This document shows positions 38,926 through 53,030 of a DNA stretch of 64,000 nucleotides, piece after piece (position 1 is the stretch's first letter; each line of letters starts with the position of its first letter). Both the position numbers and the translations under genes were made by a program. Source of the DNA: Hydrolagus colliei (Eukaryota); contig CM068758.1 of the NCBI GenBank assembly GCA_035084275.1, forward strand, positions 2,356,001 to 2,420,000, read 5' to 3'. The notes under the pieces are model-generated. The model searched no databases and was not told the origin of the DNA. It saw only the letters and a list, made by a program, of their open reading frames with translations.

Positions 38926-39914
38926 CAATTGGGTGGGTGGGGGTAGAAGGAGAGTGAGGGAGGGTGGATGGTGGGGGGGACTAAGGAGAGAGGATCTATA
39001 TCCAACGGGTTGGGTCGATGGCAGATTAAAGCAAGAGTCGAGTCTTTGCCATTTATAACACAAAGCAATTCCTAACTCTGCGTGCGGTGAATCGGAGAGA
39101 TGGTACCCGAGACCGAGCGCCGGCGGCTGATGGGCCGAAGTGGTGGGGCAATAAATTGGGAACAGAAAATCAAGGGAACGAGAAATAAATACCCTCGGGC
39201 TGATTTCAGGTCTTGAAACAACCGCCCGAGCCATCAAACCGGTCGAGTCTGCCTCAGTTCAGTTGACGCAGCCAGACTGAAACCAACGGGCGGAAGAGAG
39301 CAAGAGTGCGGTGGAGGTTGGAAAACATTATAGGTGACAATGCATTGCCATTATTCTTTTCAAATATGTGACAGATCCACAACTCATAAAAGCTGCAAGT
39401 ACAAGTTATTTGCTTTTTCCAATTTCCCCCTCTCCTTTCGTGGAAGTGCTTGGCTCTTTCTAGGCTACGGTTTCACCGGCAGCCTGTCAGTATTTCATTT
39501 TAGGAGCCAGTCTTTATGAGCGTCACAAAGCAATTTGACTATTGCTCTCTTCTTTGAGGATAAAACGTTTTCTGCATTTCACAGTCACCGGCCGCTTTGT
39601 ATTGCTGTGAAATATAGATTTTAAAGACAAAAAGGCAGCCCGCACACCTACAGAATAAAACAACAGGAAGATAAGACTTCAATGTGTAGCATTGCAAACA
39701 ACGGTAAGAAATGCTTTTAAGCAGCTAACTTGATAAGCCTTCGAAAACAATTTTTGCTTTTTTTTTTACTGCTCTCTTGAACATTCTGCTTCATGGCCAT
39801 TCAAATCAGTCACTACACTATATACTTTACCCATGTTACTATGGCACCACTTCTAAACACCATAATTAACAGGTTTCCCAGGAGGGGTGGTTTAGACTGG
39901 AATTATGTTTAAAC

Positions 39915-40085
39915 ATAATAATAATACTTGCATTTGATATACCGACTTCGAGACATCTCAGAGCATTTCACAGAATATACTGTAAAGTGAATTGACAGTA
40001 CATTTTATGGGCTAAACGCGGCAGACAATCGCACACAGCAGTTTCCCACAAACAGTTGTGAATTGAGTGACCACATTATTATTAT
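39915..40085 (-). mobile_element. SINE 3' half
   Basis: Family body and tail. Confidence 0.88.
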
Positions 40086-40646
40086 ATATAAGGTATATAT
40101 TTATACATTTTGAGGGAATTATAGAGTCAGTCTTTAGCTAATCCTGAGGCTCAAACTTGAGCTGTTACGGTTTACAATCTCATGATAGGATCGCCTTGAT
40201 TGATACCTTGTAACTATCCATCATTGGGTAACTCTGCTATCCCAGCACACTTCTGACGTTTGGTTTTTTGGGGGTGGCTTCCATTGCTTTGACTTCAGAT
40301 TCTCCTACAAAAAAAGTGACACTTCCTTTTCCAATAAAAAACATCAATTCAACATAATCATACCTTTTTCGTTTTGTTTTATTTCGCTTCAAAAAATCCA
40401 CTCTCTTTCTTTTGTGAGATACAAGTTTTTACTGTTGAGCAAAAGTAATCTGCTTCAAACAACCAGCCACAGTCAAGAGTTAATCTAAAACATTTTTACT
40501 GAGAGTCTCACAAGGCAATGCAAGAATTAAAGGAATGAAACAAAATGCTCCTATATTTTCTGACTAGTCTTAGCATGTGAGTTCACCTCATATTAAAATA
40601 TAAGTTTGTACAGGATTGCAAATGCTCCAAGATGTTACAACAAGTA

Positions 40647-40975
40647 GTGGATCCCGGGACCGAGTCAGGGGCAGGGGTAGAAAGGTGACCAAAGGTGCTG
40701 TCGAAGAGAAAGGTCTTCAACTGTGACCAGAAACTGGGAACAGGGGGATCGAGGCGAAGGGAGTGAGGAAGGGAGTTCCAGAGCCTTGTGGCATAGTGGC
40801 TGAAGGCACGACTGCAGTGGAGGATTCAGGGGGACATGGAGGAGGCCAGACCCGGTGGAACGAAGGCAGCAGGTGCTGGTTTGGGGAGAGAGATCAGAGA
40901 GGTAGAGGGTTGCAGAGGAGTGGAGGGACTTGAAAACAAGGGTGAGGATCTTGAAGTCGATGTGAAAGGACACCA
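40647..40975 (-). mobile_element. L2 ORF2 C-terminus and 3'UTR
   Basis: HIDFKILTLVFKSLH...YLSDL...LRSTGSGLLHVP is the canonical L2 ORF2 C-terminal motif. Confidence 0.9.
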
Positions 40976-42650
40976 TATAAATGCAAGCCAACTTAATTTG
41001 TCGGACTTTTTTTTTAAAGTACGCAAAACTGGCTTCCAAATTAAAACTGGTTGCTTCAGAATATGTTGCAACTCTGCGCAATTTTATACCGTGAAGCAAA
41101 ATGGTTTTACTAGGTGGCTTTCAGGGCTTACATTTTCTCCAAGTTTGGATTGTTTTGGGACATCCTTTCAAGTTTAATACAAAAGGTGTTGTGTACTGGA
41201 TATTGATCAAGCAATTACGTTGAACTTGCATTTTATTGAGGGGATAAAATATTTTTCGAACTCTCTAACTTAATCGGACATATTTCAGGATTGCTAGGTC
41301 CGATGGGAAGGAAATAAGGCTTGATTACAGGAATGCTTTTTACTAAATATCGAGCAAGCTGCGTTATTCTGACATCCCTGATTTGTACGAATACAACCCA
41401 TCGCATTGAAAGCATCTCCATGCTGAAGTAAATGCTGTAGGATAACTTGGAGCAGTTAGGCAGGCTCGGCCACGCTTCTACTTGGAGAACTAAATGCATT
41501 TGGATTCACCAGAACTTGCAGACATTTTAATGTGTTTGAGGGGCTCAAGCACAATGAAATCAAAGGTCTGCAAAGGACTGTTCAGAAGAAGTACAGTACT
41601 GTGTGCTACTGCATAATTACTTAAGGCCGAGCAAAGATGTGGTTCGAATGAAGCAATTTTACCGATCCAATGTGGTCAGAGGGAACTCTATCCATGGTGC
41701 TGAAATCTACCAAATCCTCAATTGCCGTGCCTCTCAGTGTGTTGGGCACAGAGTGACTTTCCACTCAGCAGTTCTGTAATCTATCTGAGATCTCGGAAAG
41801 CCACGGTAATAGTTTTACAAAGCAATGCTCTTCGACTCTCTCCTGTGAGAAGAACGACATATCAATGTCGTTGTACCGTTGAGTCTTGTTGTTGTACTTT
41901 TACATGGAGCGGAATCCTTTCCGTTTCAAAATTTGCACGTGGAATTGAAATGAAATTAAAATTAGTTACAAATACAAAAATATCAGAGGAGAAGAAGAGC
42001 GCACAGAGAGAGAGAGAGAGAGAGAGAGGGGTGAGGGCTCGTGTGGAATTTAAGCAACCCCACGGACTAGTTGGGTTAAAAGGCCAGTTTCTGCCCACAT
42101 CGCTCTTTGTAATTCTATATGACATGTAAATGTCAAGTGCAACTCTGGTGGCTGTAACTCAAAATGATGATGGGTGGGAGGTGGCATCACTTACTTTCTC
42201 ATCCACTGAAACAATGTGTACGAGGGCACAATGAGAAACTCACCCTGCCAAAGGCAAGATGCACTTCTGCTGGCCTCTCATGCTCCCATTGTTTGCTGAC
42301 AAAAGCGCGCACACTGATATAAGAGTGGGTAACTGCGACATCTAGTTAAGATCTTGAACCAGGTTCTGGAACTAAACAGCGGCAGAAGTGTACATTCCCA
42401 GGTGAAAGCCCAGGCAGCTGCTTTTATACATAATCAGCAGGACTCAAAACTAGGTTAGGAAGCAAAATAAATCCTCAAGGATCTCTGCATTTTTCCTTTT
42501 CATTACCCTAGCTTTACCTCGCATCGACATATTTTACAATCTCACCTTGTTACATCAGGCAGTAGGGGAGGGGGGGATGTGGCGACTGCCTTTTCAAGCT
42601 ACAACGAAACGTCATTCATGACCAGATAAAAGATGTATTTCGAGAAACTT

Positions 42651-42977
42651 GTGGAGTCCTGTAGCTCACTGGTTAGAGCACTCACTCGCCTTGCAAGCAA
42701 GAGACATGGGTTCAATTCCAGGCAGGGTGAAATTTGGGCAAGTTTCCTTACTCCACACACTCGCATAATACAGTAATCTCTCTCAAAAAAAAAAATTGGT
42801 CATTTCAAACCACGAATGTTTGTGGCGACGCTGCTGTACGCAATTGGCTGCCGCGTTTCGCCCACAAATGTAGAGTCAATTCACTTTACAATATATTCTG
42901 TAAAACTTTAAGACATCTGGAGGACGTGAAAAAGTGCTACATCAAATGCAAGGATTATGATTATTAATATTATTATT
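42651..42977 (+). mobile_element. Full-length SINE
   Basis: Runs from the GTGGAGTCCTGTAGCTCA head to the ATT tail. Confidence 0.95.
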
Positions 42978-43079
42978 TGTGTACAGTTTTTCTTTTCTCT
43001 CAAGTTTTCACAGTGAATTTGCTCTCTCCCTGCGTTTTTCCTTTGGACAATTTGAGTGATTTTTCCTTCCACTAAAGTC

Positions 43080-43300
43080 CAGGACACCAGTCACCCTCTC
43101 ACTTTCCCTCATGGCCATTAATCATGTGTGAGGCTTGACAGAGGCGTCAGCAAACTATTCAACCATGGGCCACATCGCAGCCCAGACAGATCCTGTCTTC
43201 ATCAGTATCTGCACACAAATAGTTCCAGTTGGGATCATTGGAATGTAATCAGGCTAATTTATTTTCTCTAACCAGGCCACTGAGGCTAGATATACTATCC
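43080..43300 (-). mobile_element. Ancient chondrichthyan SINE-like repeat
   Basis: CTATTCAACC...GATCCTGTC...CACTGAGGC; overlaps in family with 25440-25690. Confidence 0.5.
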
Positions 43301-43319
43301 CAAAATCACTCTAGCCATA

Positions 43320-43566
43320 ACAACTCACCTTTCTCAACCCTCTCCCCCTCTTCTGTGACCATCAACACATCATCCAAGTCCCAGACACATCTTTTCTCTC
43401 TCTGATCTGCCTGTTCTCTTGCAATTCCCCCCACCCATAAAATCATTCCCCTCCCACCATCCACCCGTTCTGGCAAAGGGTCATGGACCCGAAACGTTGA
43501 CTCACTTTTCCTTTCTCCATAGATGCTGCCTGACCTGCTGAGGATTCCCAGCCATTTTGTTTCACT
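43320..43566 (+). mobile_element. Penelope-like retroelement terminal repeat fragment
   Basis: AAGGGTCATGGACCCGAAACGTTGACT...CTCCATAGATGCTGCCTGACCTGCTGAG...CCAGC matches the recalled terminal repeat of shark Penelope-like elements. Confidence 0.75.
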
Positions 43567-43770
43567 ATCTAATATCATCTCATTCCAGACAAATATGTTT
43601 GGTAAACACGTTCTTCTGAAAGTGTTGATTGCTTGATCAAATAAACCTGATGAATAATCTTTTGAAGGATGTTTCAAAGCACTCTGAATTTATTATAGAG
43701 TGCAATAACGATGTATTTGCACACATCAATGACCCACAAACAGTGATTAAGTGAATGACTAATTTTATAT

Positions 43771-43970
43771 GTCTTGTAGCTCAGTGGTTAGAGCACTTGC
43801 CTTACAAGCATGAGACCTATGTTTGTATCCGGGCAAGTCAGGGTGAAACCTTGGGCAAATTTCCTTACTCCACATGCCTAATAATAATTGCTCTAAAAAA
43901 CCCCCACAATAATAAAATTGGTCATTTCAATCCACGACTGTTTGTGGGAGACACTGCTGTGCGCAATTGA
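43771..43970 (+). mobile_element. SINE 5' two-thirds
   Basis: Head and body, 3'-truncated. Confidence 0.92.
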
Positions 43971-43989
43971 CATGTGATGCCCAGGACAG

Positions 43990-44230
43990 CAGAGGAAACT
44001 CTCTCTTTACAAATAATTAAATGTATCTTTATTTAACTATGTAGTGTATCTTAACATCCACCTGAAAAAATAATCTGGAGTTTAACATCTCATCTATGTT
44101 AGGACAGCTCCTCCAACAATGAAGCACTCCCAAATATTCTTGGAATGTCAGCCCAGGCAAATGTGGGTTTGAAACTACACAACCTTGTGACTCAGAAGTA
44201 AAATTTATTACCAATCGAGCCAGTCTAACA
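43990..44230 (-). mobile_element. Old SacSINE1-like Deu SINE including its tRNA-like head
   Basis: ACATCCACCTGA...TTTAACATCTCATC...GCACTCCC...GAATGTCAGCC...ACAACCTTGTGACTCAGA is the antisense Deu core plus head. Confidence 0.72.
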
Positions 44231-45542
44231 CCTTGCCAGGAATTCTGCGCTGATCGCAATGGTATAAAATAAAGATAAATCCTGGAGACCTTTTTTTGTA
44301 AGAATAATTTAATATTGTATTTAGAGTTTGATATTAAAATGTGCCTCGGGATGCATTATTTACGCAAATTATTAAAATGTGAACAGTTTGTTCGAAAGAT
44401 TCTTCTGTTAAACTACATTCCATTGCATTTTACAGCGAATCACAACATTCTATAAATAATTCAGAATTCCATTTATATTTTACTAGAGATTAAAGAGCAA
44501 TGAAGAAAAATAACTTGAGTCAACTATTTGTGTCTTTTAATTTCAACGTGACAAGTTCATTAATAACAAGAGGAACAAAGTAGTGGTTTGCGAGACTTAC
44601 CGGTATGTATAAATTAAACAAATAGAGAGATTTATCTTGTTAAAAAAAAGTCAGACTATTGAAAATAAAAAAAAGAAAGCCTTTCCTAATGTAACCAACG
44701 CTGTCTAACACCACTCGGATTATGTTGAATTCAGTCATTACGTCCACTGCATTTTGTCCACCTCCTGCCCAATTAGTGATTGTTATTAGACCCATTTGCT
44801 ATTTAGATGATTGCTGTTTCGGATAGAATGTAAGGAAGAGATCATTTGACGTTTCTCAACTGAACACTTTTGGTAATGAAACCCTACAGAAGAAGCGTTC
44901 CCTTCTCCTTGGGACAAAAATCTAATCATCGTCTGGGTAGAAGAAACCTCAGACTGATTGATGCAAGGAATAGACTGGCTTCCATTGGCATTTGCGACAG
45001 ATTTATCCTTTGAGATCCTTTTAATCCATTTTAGCACCTAACCTATAGTTTGCCAAAAAATATAAATTTACAGGCGCTAACAACAACATACCATTTAAAA
45101 GGATTTATGGACATTTTAACTAAATTAGTAGCCACAAATAACTGCTATAATTTAAACATTGCTGGCCGCTTTCCTCAGATGTCATTGACTTCCAAAGTGA
45201 CACCATACCAATGAAACACTGTTTGCGAATCTAGAGGTTGTCTAGAATGTGGTTTGCTTTTTAACCATTGATTAAGTCATTAACTGCTCAATTGCAAAAC
45301 ACTGCAGGGACAAGGAGAAAAAAAAATCTAGAGGGGTGGGGGGGGGGAAAGGTCAAGTCGTCACGTTGAAATGAAAAGATACCTATAAAATAGTTGCCCT
45401 CAAGTTATCTTTCTCCATTCCTCTTTCACCTTAAGACATAAGGAGTTAAAATACAAGTGAAATTCTGAATGATTTGTATAATGTTATGACTCGCTGTTCA
45501 AATCAAATCATGGCAAATGGTCTCTCTCAAAGTTGCCCCATC

Positions 45543-45705
45543 TTGTGCGCTATTGGCTATGGGGTTTCTTCCACAAAATATGCAGTAAATTCACTTTATA
45601 GCATATCCTGTGAAACGCTTTGAGACATCTCGAAGACCTGAACAGAGGCTATATCAAATGCAAGTATTATTATACTAATAATCATTCTTATTATTGTTCT
45701 TATTA
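45543..45705 (+). mobile_element. Degenerate SINE 3' part
   Basis: Family tail. Confidence 0.8.
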
Positions 45706-45994
45706 TCTTCCGGAAATGCCAGTTCCTTTCAACTTGCTGAACAGTTTGATCTGGGGTGAAAGTATTCTTAAAGAGTTAAATCTAAGAGGTATAATAAACT
45801 GCTGACTCTGTTCACAGCTGGGCAATGTCCCAATTTAATTCTGTTAATTGAGCTACAGGTCTGGGAATACGAGGGAGTTAAACCCAAAAATAAAACAAAG
45901 AAAAGCGAATTTCACAAGCCAGTGAGGTTTGGAAACGTGATATGAAACATAACATCCTTTACAGGAGCAAGATTCCTTTGAAGCCTTTAGTGTG

Positions 45995-46065
45995 GCAGCG
46001 CCTTGGAACGTCCTCCTAATGTGAAAGACATTATACAAATGTAATTTGTTGTTGTTGTGGTTGTT
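45995..46065 (+). mobile_element. Short L2 3' tail
   Basis: CAGCGCCTTGGAACGTCCTCCTAATGTGAAAG...(TTG)n. Confidence 0.75.
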
Positions 46066-46934
46066 GGTGCTGTATTCACATCCAGAATGAGATCGCTTTC
46101 GAAACTCCCAGGCAACATACCATTACACAAGTTATTACTTTTGCCCTCACTTTGAAAAGAAAAATCAAACAAACACCACTTTAAAAAAATGTTTCCTGCA
46201 TCTCCTAATTTAATCGATCGTTTTATCATTAGCCTGTGACGATTAAGGATATGAATTGTAAGCGTGGGGTAATGAACTAAAATGAGGCCCGTGCGTGAGC
46301 CAAAGCCGGCAGAAGCAAGCTAATGGTAAACGTTACTTAATGGAATGTGTGGAATCTGAAGCTCTTCCTCATTACTGGAGGGGAATGAAGATGCATTCTC
46401 AATGAGCCAACTAGAACAAGCTGCGGGCTGCTTGCTACATTATTATTATTCAATAATTTTTTTTTAATTTTTCAAAGTTAATTAATGACTGTGGATGTGA
46501 TTTGCGAACGAGCCTACACACTCTGTGGCCTCTCTCGTGGTCCAGGACTCCATTACCCCTGCAGGCTGCTGCAATCCAACGGATTTCGCCATTTAACAAC
46601 GGCGCCCAAAAAATTAATACAAGAGGGGGGCTTCACAGCACAACTAAGAGCTATATTATTTGTGCGTTTTTTGAAAAATAAATTTTGTTCTCCCATAGTT
46701 GCAGGGCAACTCGCGGTAAAGGTCTTTACCGCTGAGTATATTAAATAACTAATTTTATAACGTCAAATGAGGATGTTTAAATATGAACTTAATTTACCTG
46801 AACTGTCACATAATCCTGAACAATAAAAAGGGAAATAACTCTTCTGCAGACTGGTACTTTGCAGTGCTTCCCTGCTTTATGCTGTTAAACTGGTTGGATG
46901 CATGCACTTTCCCAGGGGTGGTGGTGGAGGAATA

Positions 46935-47115
46935 AAATAATAAATAATTTGGTCACCTCAATCCATGACTGTTAGTGAAACACTGCTGCGCGCAATTGGC
47001 TGCCGCGTTTCGCCCCGCAAAACACACAGTCAATTCAATCTAGAGTATATTCTGCGAAACGCTTTGAGACGCCACAAAAGGCAGGATAAGGCGCCTTATC
47101 AAACGCAAGGATTAT
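46935..47115 (+). mobile_element. 5'-truncated SINE
   Basis: Family body and tail. Confidence 0.88.
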
Positions 47116-49673
47116 ACGAATTATTACACTTCATGGGATGGCCTCCCCGCTCTCAATCCAGTCATGACACTGAATCACAGAGTGTTTGCTGAATTCTACC
47201 TGTCGCTCGATATTCTATTGCACATTCGTGATACAATGGGCAACATGGTCAGGCCAGCTCTTAATAACCGAGTCACTTTCTCTCGGGCAAAGCGCAGCAG
47301 ATGTTAAGCTGTTCCACGCGATGTACACGTGCATCTTGCTCTCACTCCACCTCACACGTGTCAGGCGGGGGTAGACAGAGCGTTTGCATTCATCGGAATA
47401 CAAATTGGAAGGGGGGGGGCCTCTCGCTTCACCATTTCAGCACTCGCTCGGCCTCGTCCACTCGGGAGGACTTCATACCGGCTTCATTATGGATACATCG
47501 CATTACCAAAATCAGGCAATGGTGTGCTTAGTTCCGAAGCAAGGCCGTTCCGCGGAGGCAATATGAAAAAGAATCCGACCGCTCCAAATGCAAATCTACC
47601 ATTTATGAAATCAGCTTTAATTCTGATTGATTCCATACGCTACCAGCCAATTTTGCAACGCTTAATCCTTTAACCATCGTTAACACTCTAAAACAGTCCC
47701 ATGGATTTTAGATTCAATATCGTGAGCAAATCTACTTCGTCGGGCTTAAGGTGTTATCCGTTTCCCCAGTAAACAGCATGCATAACAAATATATATAAAA
47801 ACATATATATTTACTTCCACTCCACATGGCAACCAAGACAGCATTTCTTTTTTTTTTGATTTTTGATTCACTCTTCCTGCTCCAATTCTCTGATGGAATG
47901 GTGCAATTGCATTACACATGCCCTGGAACTTAGCGCGCTCTCTGAATTCACTTAATAATATACCATATGGTGCCCCACAATAAACACACAAGCCGGCTGC
48001 CCAATTCCTCAGCCAATTCTCACCTTACAATCAACTTGCACGTCATGCATATGTATGAGGGGATGCTTTGTGACGCGTAAGGCCACCGCTGGATCACTGT
48101 TTGAATAGATGATCAGGCAAGTCTCCTTCTATTAACCTACCAGTGATGGGACTACTCTCGCCCATGTCAGTCTCTGTATGCAGGGATCCATGGCATCACG
48201 CCACTGAATATTTTGTCATGTAATCAAGATGTGACAGACACTCAATATGTGGATTTGCATGTGATTAGAAATGCTGCTTCCCCCCCCCACCCCATCACCT
48301 TCTAGTGAGCAGACACAGTGCATCAGTCAATTCGATTAGTGCTTAATCCTTGCTTAGTTCACCCTTCTATAAAAGGTATCCACTGCACTGCACAGTTCCT
48401 GCTTCCGCCGATTTGGTTCTCAAATAACGGCATCGATGGCACATTTTAGTGCTTGTTTTCCAGCAATGAGCGTCTCCCAATTCAAAGGCAGCCTTCCAAA
48501 CAAGAATTCCGACTTGTGCATATCTTAGTGTCACAGCTTGGAAGCCTAGAACGTCACTTGAGTATTATTCAACAGTCTTAATTAGCAGCAACGTATCCAT
48601 ATTCAAGCACTTACTTATGTTCTTATGTGACATGGGCAAGCCTCCACATATTTGCCGGTGATGTGGAAAAGTCAAACTTTCAAACGAGGACATTCTCAGT
48701 TTCCGTAGCATTTCAGGTTTGGTGATCAAATGCCTTAAAACAATCTGTTTGGTTGTCAAACCGAGGTCGCCGGTTTGCTAAACTGATACGGTTGCTCACA
48801 CGACCCCCTGTTTGGAGAATTCCAAAGGCGACAGAGCAGAAACCAAGAAGTCGGGAGTGGGAAAAAAAAAGGTCTTGGATCTGAGAATCTATTCAGAAAG
48901 CGTAACAAACCAGGTCTTTGAAATCCCAATGAGAATCTGCTGCATTGTGCCCTTCCCCAAGGCTGTGAGCAAACGATCAGAGGACTGAGTTCTGCTGCCA
49001 ATTGAAATGGATTGGTGCACTTCACTGAATTAACATACAAGTAGAACGTTCAACAGAGGAGTTCAAACCCTGACCACCTCATCTGTCCAAATCAGTACCC
49101 GGAGGGGAAAAGTTTGTTGTGCCCTCGATGACACAGCATGTCCTTGCTACGCCATCCACTCATCTTATCAACCAATGCCAGAGTCACGAAATAGCAAGTT
49201 GCCACACTTTGGCTCACAAAATATGGAGTCGATTCATCTAACTTCACACTCCATGAAGCGCTTTGAGATGTCTCGAAGGCGTGATAATGCACTATATTAA
49301 TGCAAGGGATTAATATCTTATATTACTTTACATGATCTATTAAAGTCTCCTTTCGGGATTAAATTGTTAACTGCTACAATTATCTTAGGACAAGTTTTCC
49401 GTCAATCAGATCGCATTCTGTGCTCCATGCTGAATTCACCTGATCAGCATTTAGAGCGTTTAAGTTATTTTGTGTTGGAATTTCCCTTTTTACTGATTTA
49501 CTGGTTTATGGCTGTAAGTAGGTTTAATTTCCCATTTCCTCTTCTCCTTTCGTGGGTCACTCAGTTATGCGCTATTACAAAACCATCAATAATCCCATGG
49601 TGGTAGTTTCTTCCCACGCACCAGGACAAAGCAGCAATACACACTGTGCTGCTCCTTCGAAGATCTGGAGATT

Positions 49674-49995
49674 GTGGAGTCCTGTAGCTTAGCGGTTAGA
49701 GCACTCGCCTTACAAGGGAGAGACCAAGGTTCGATTCCAGGCAGGGTGAAACTTTGGGAAACTTTCCTTACTCCACACACCTGACAATAATCCCTCAGAG
49801 AAAAACTATAATAATATTGGTCATTTCAATCCACGACTGTTCGTGGGACACCGCTGTGTGCAATTGGCTGCCGCGTTTCACCCACAAAACCTGCAGTCGA
49901 TTCATTTGACAGTATATTCTGTGAAGCGCCCTTTGATACATCTAAAGATGTGATGAGGGGCTATATCAAATGCAAGGATTCTTCTTCTTCTTATT
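49674..49995 (+). mobile_element. Full-length SINE
   Basis: Head, body and tail; tail drifted to (TTC)n. Confidence 0.95.
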
Positions 49996-50461
49996 AGCAA
50001 ACAACTTGACCAATGTTTAGTGGTGCCTTTATATTTGGCCAGTGGCACATACTGTTGAACTGCTTCAAGGCAATTTCAGCAACATAGGGACACTTAGTGT
50101 TTTCTAAATGTGCATCGGGGTATGAAGAAGGAGCACATCTTTCCTTCTTTTATGATTGCTTGTGTCCTTGAATCACCAAAGTACAGAAAGTAAGCCAGCC
50201 CAGTACGTGATTATTCTGAAAGAAGGTGAATCAGAACTCGCAGGTTAATAATAAGAATAATGATAAGGAAAATGATACTGACAACATTCCTTGCATCTGA
50301 TAATATAGAGGCTTATCAAGTGGTCGAGATTTCTCAAAGCGGGATTGTTCCTGCATTGTGGTGTGACTGTGTGCATTTTGTGGGTGAAACGCATTTCAAT
50401 TCAGTGCATCATTTTCTGTGGTACTTTCACTGCAACTATAAGGTTAATCCCTTTTAACCAT

Positions 50462-50550
50462 AAGAAATCTATCAATCTCAGTCTTGAATATGTTCAAGGA
50501 CTGAGCATCGACAGCCTTTTGGGGTAGAGAATTCCATAAATTCACTAACT
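50462..50550 (-). mobile_element. CR1 3' fragment
   Basis: AAATCTATCAATCTCAGTCTTGAATAT...GGGGTAGAGAATTCCA is a typical antisense shark CR1 segment. Confidence 0.75.
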
Positions 50551-51207
50551 GGGTGGTCAAACTGAGGGGGGGGGAAGCTGTGAATGAGAAAGGGGAAAAG
50601 GTGACTGAGAAAGTGCAAAATGAAAAAATCTAAATGATGTGTCCTTCCATCAATGGGTTTTACATAGATATTCCCAAAAGATGGTGAGAGTATCTGAGCT
50701 GTAGCAATAATCGCCAAAGGTTATATCACTGAGCAATGTATCCTGTCCAATATTACATTACCATTGGCACACAAAAGAAATAAAAAAGCACACATACATG
50801 TAATATATACCGACTGGATTATCTGCCTACCCCTCACTCAATAAACAGGCAATGTTTCCATTCATGACTATTAATTCTTTAGCGTTGACATTATCAGCCA
50901 TCAACTGCACAAAGAATCCTGGCTGTTGAAGACTGACCCGACTGCGCCACAAAGCGAAGAGGACGAGGCAATGCAAAATAAACCAGTTTTGTTCCAAATC
51001 CATTGTAAAGTGGGCATTCACAGGAAAGCACCACAGACACAGGGAGGTGGCGCTTTGTTGAAGGCCACCATCTCTCACACCTCGTTTTGAGGTGTCTTAA
51101 AAGCGACAACAGCAACAACAAATAAATTACATTTGTACAGACGTGATAAAGCGATATATCAAATGTAAGGATTGTTATTAGTAGTAGTATTATTACAATT
51201 CTCATCA

Positions 51208-51479
51208 AATAATAATCTTTGCATTTGTTATAGCACTTTTCACATCTTCTAGACATCTCTAAGTGCTTCACAGAAGTGAATTGACTGTATATTTTGTGGG
51301 CAAAACATAGCAGCCAATTGCGCACAGCATTGTCCCACAAACAGTGCTGGATTGAAAATGACAGATTTTTTTGAGGGATTATTATTAATGTGGAGTAAGG
51401 AAACGTGCCCATGGTTTCACGTTGCCTGGAATTGAACCCAGGTCTTTCGCGCTCTAACCACTGAGCTACAGGACTCCAC
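51208..51479 (-). mobile_element. SINE with internal deletions
   Basis: Head, body and tail. Confidence 0.93.
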
Positions 51480-53030
51480 AGCATCATCATCGGTTCTAAC
51501 TTGATATTTCTGCGTTGGAAACTCTTTGTTACAGCAATCCATCCGAAAGTAATTCAGAAAGCAATCGCTGCCAAGTGTAGTGACTGTTTTCAAGGCTTAC
51601 GCAGCAGCCATTTGCGTGAGCAAGGAGCCCCATAGAGACATGAGGGGAATGGACGATTTATCTGGAGAAATGTTGGCCATTAAATCCATTAATGAGGTCT
51701 GCCGGGAACATTTGCATTTTACTTCCTGCCCCAGTGGTCAGCCCTGCATTCCTCTCTACTCCTGGCTGAAAAAGGAAATTGTCCTTGTTCATTTTACATG
51801 CTTAGTTAAGTCTATATTTGCTCTCTCGACTATTAATAATAAAGTTGCGTGACTTTCAGTTGCGGTAAGTTAAAGAAAAAAAACACACAAAACAGCTTTC
51901 ACCACTAATGCAGGCAGCACAGAGAGTGAAGAGAATCATGTTTAAAGCCTAAATCTCTGACAGAGAGAGAGAGAGAGACAAAGTCAGAGATTCAGACTTG
52001 AATTGAAGACTATTGAATTGAAATCAGAATGCTTTGTAAAATCAAGAAGAACTGATGCGCAATTAACACTGGGATTTTTCTTAATGGGATTGCGAATAAC
52101 AACCCCGAGTTCTTATGTATATTATTATAAAATGGGAATTCTTTCTTTTGTTGCAGTGTTTAAATTGGCCGGTGGTGCATTGCTGCAGAAAACACACCCA
52201 GTGACTACACTCGATAGTATGTTCTGTGGAAGCCCTGGGAGATATCTTCCTGAAGTGAAAGGCGTTATATCAAACGCAAAGATTATTTAATATCAAGTAG
52301 GAAGATCAGAGTAACTGGATCACAGAGAAGCAACCTGCGAGTTACTTGTAGTGAATGAAAGATGTTTTTTCCATTTACAACTTCATTAAGAGTTAAATAG
52401 CAAGCAGTCCCTGCAATTTTAATCCGTCTCTCTTTTTAAAATTTGTCATCTTTGTGGTGCGAGCATGGATGAGTTACTGAGGCCACACTGTGAGGGAGGT
52501 GAATTAACATGAATGCAAATGAAATCATTAACCTCAGGGTGATTCAGCATTAATTGTACATGTTCATTTAGCTCCTATGCACTATTGGCTCAATAAGTTT
52601 TACAAGCCAATAATCCTGAGAAAGTCATCAGCACACACACACACACACATGCACACACACATTGTTTGAACAAAAGCATTCAGAAAACAATGTGATGTGG
52701 CTTAAACAAAATAAAAGTACATTACAGCTATTTATACTGTACATTTTATAACTATGTATCCAAATGGTAAAATATTTATGTGATTCACCAATTATTAGTG
52801 CAGACTTATTTTGGCAACAATTCCCTTTGACATTTTACACAGCACTTTCAGTTGTTTGCGATGATAAAGTGCTGACACTGTGAAAGCGTGGATAGTGTGA
52901 GGCCGCGCAGGATTTTTGTTACCCACTTTTAACTTGTATGATGTGTTGAGGATATGATTCGCAAAACATAGGGCAAAACAACAACTTGGATTCATATATA
53001 GAAAAAAAAACTAGTGGTACGAACACACTT

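Noticed and set aside
44601-45042. Possible minus-strand exon (TAG acceptor near 45043, GTAAGT donor at 44600) overlapping the 83-aa ORF
   Set aside because: It is long, contains stop codons, has a weak acceptor and shows no recognisable protein similarity.
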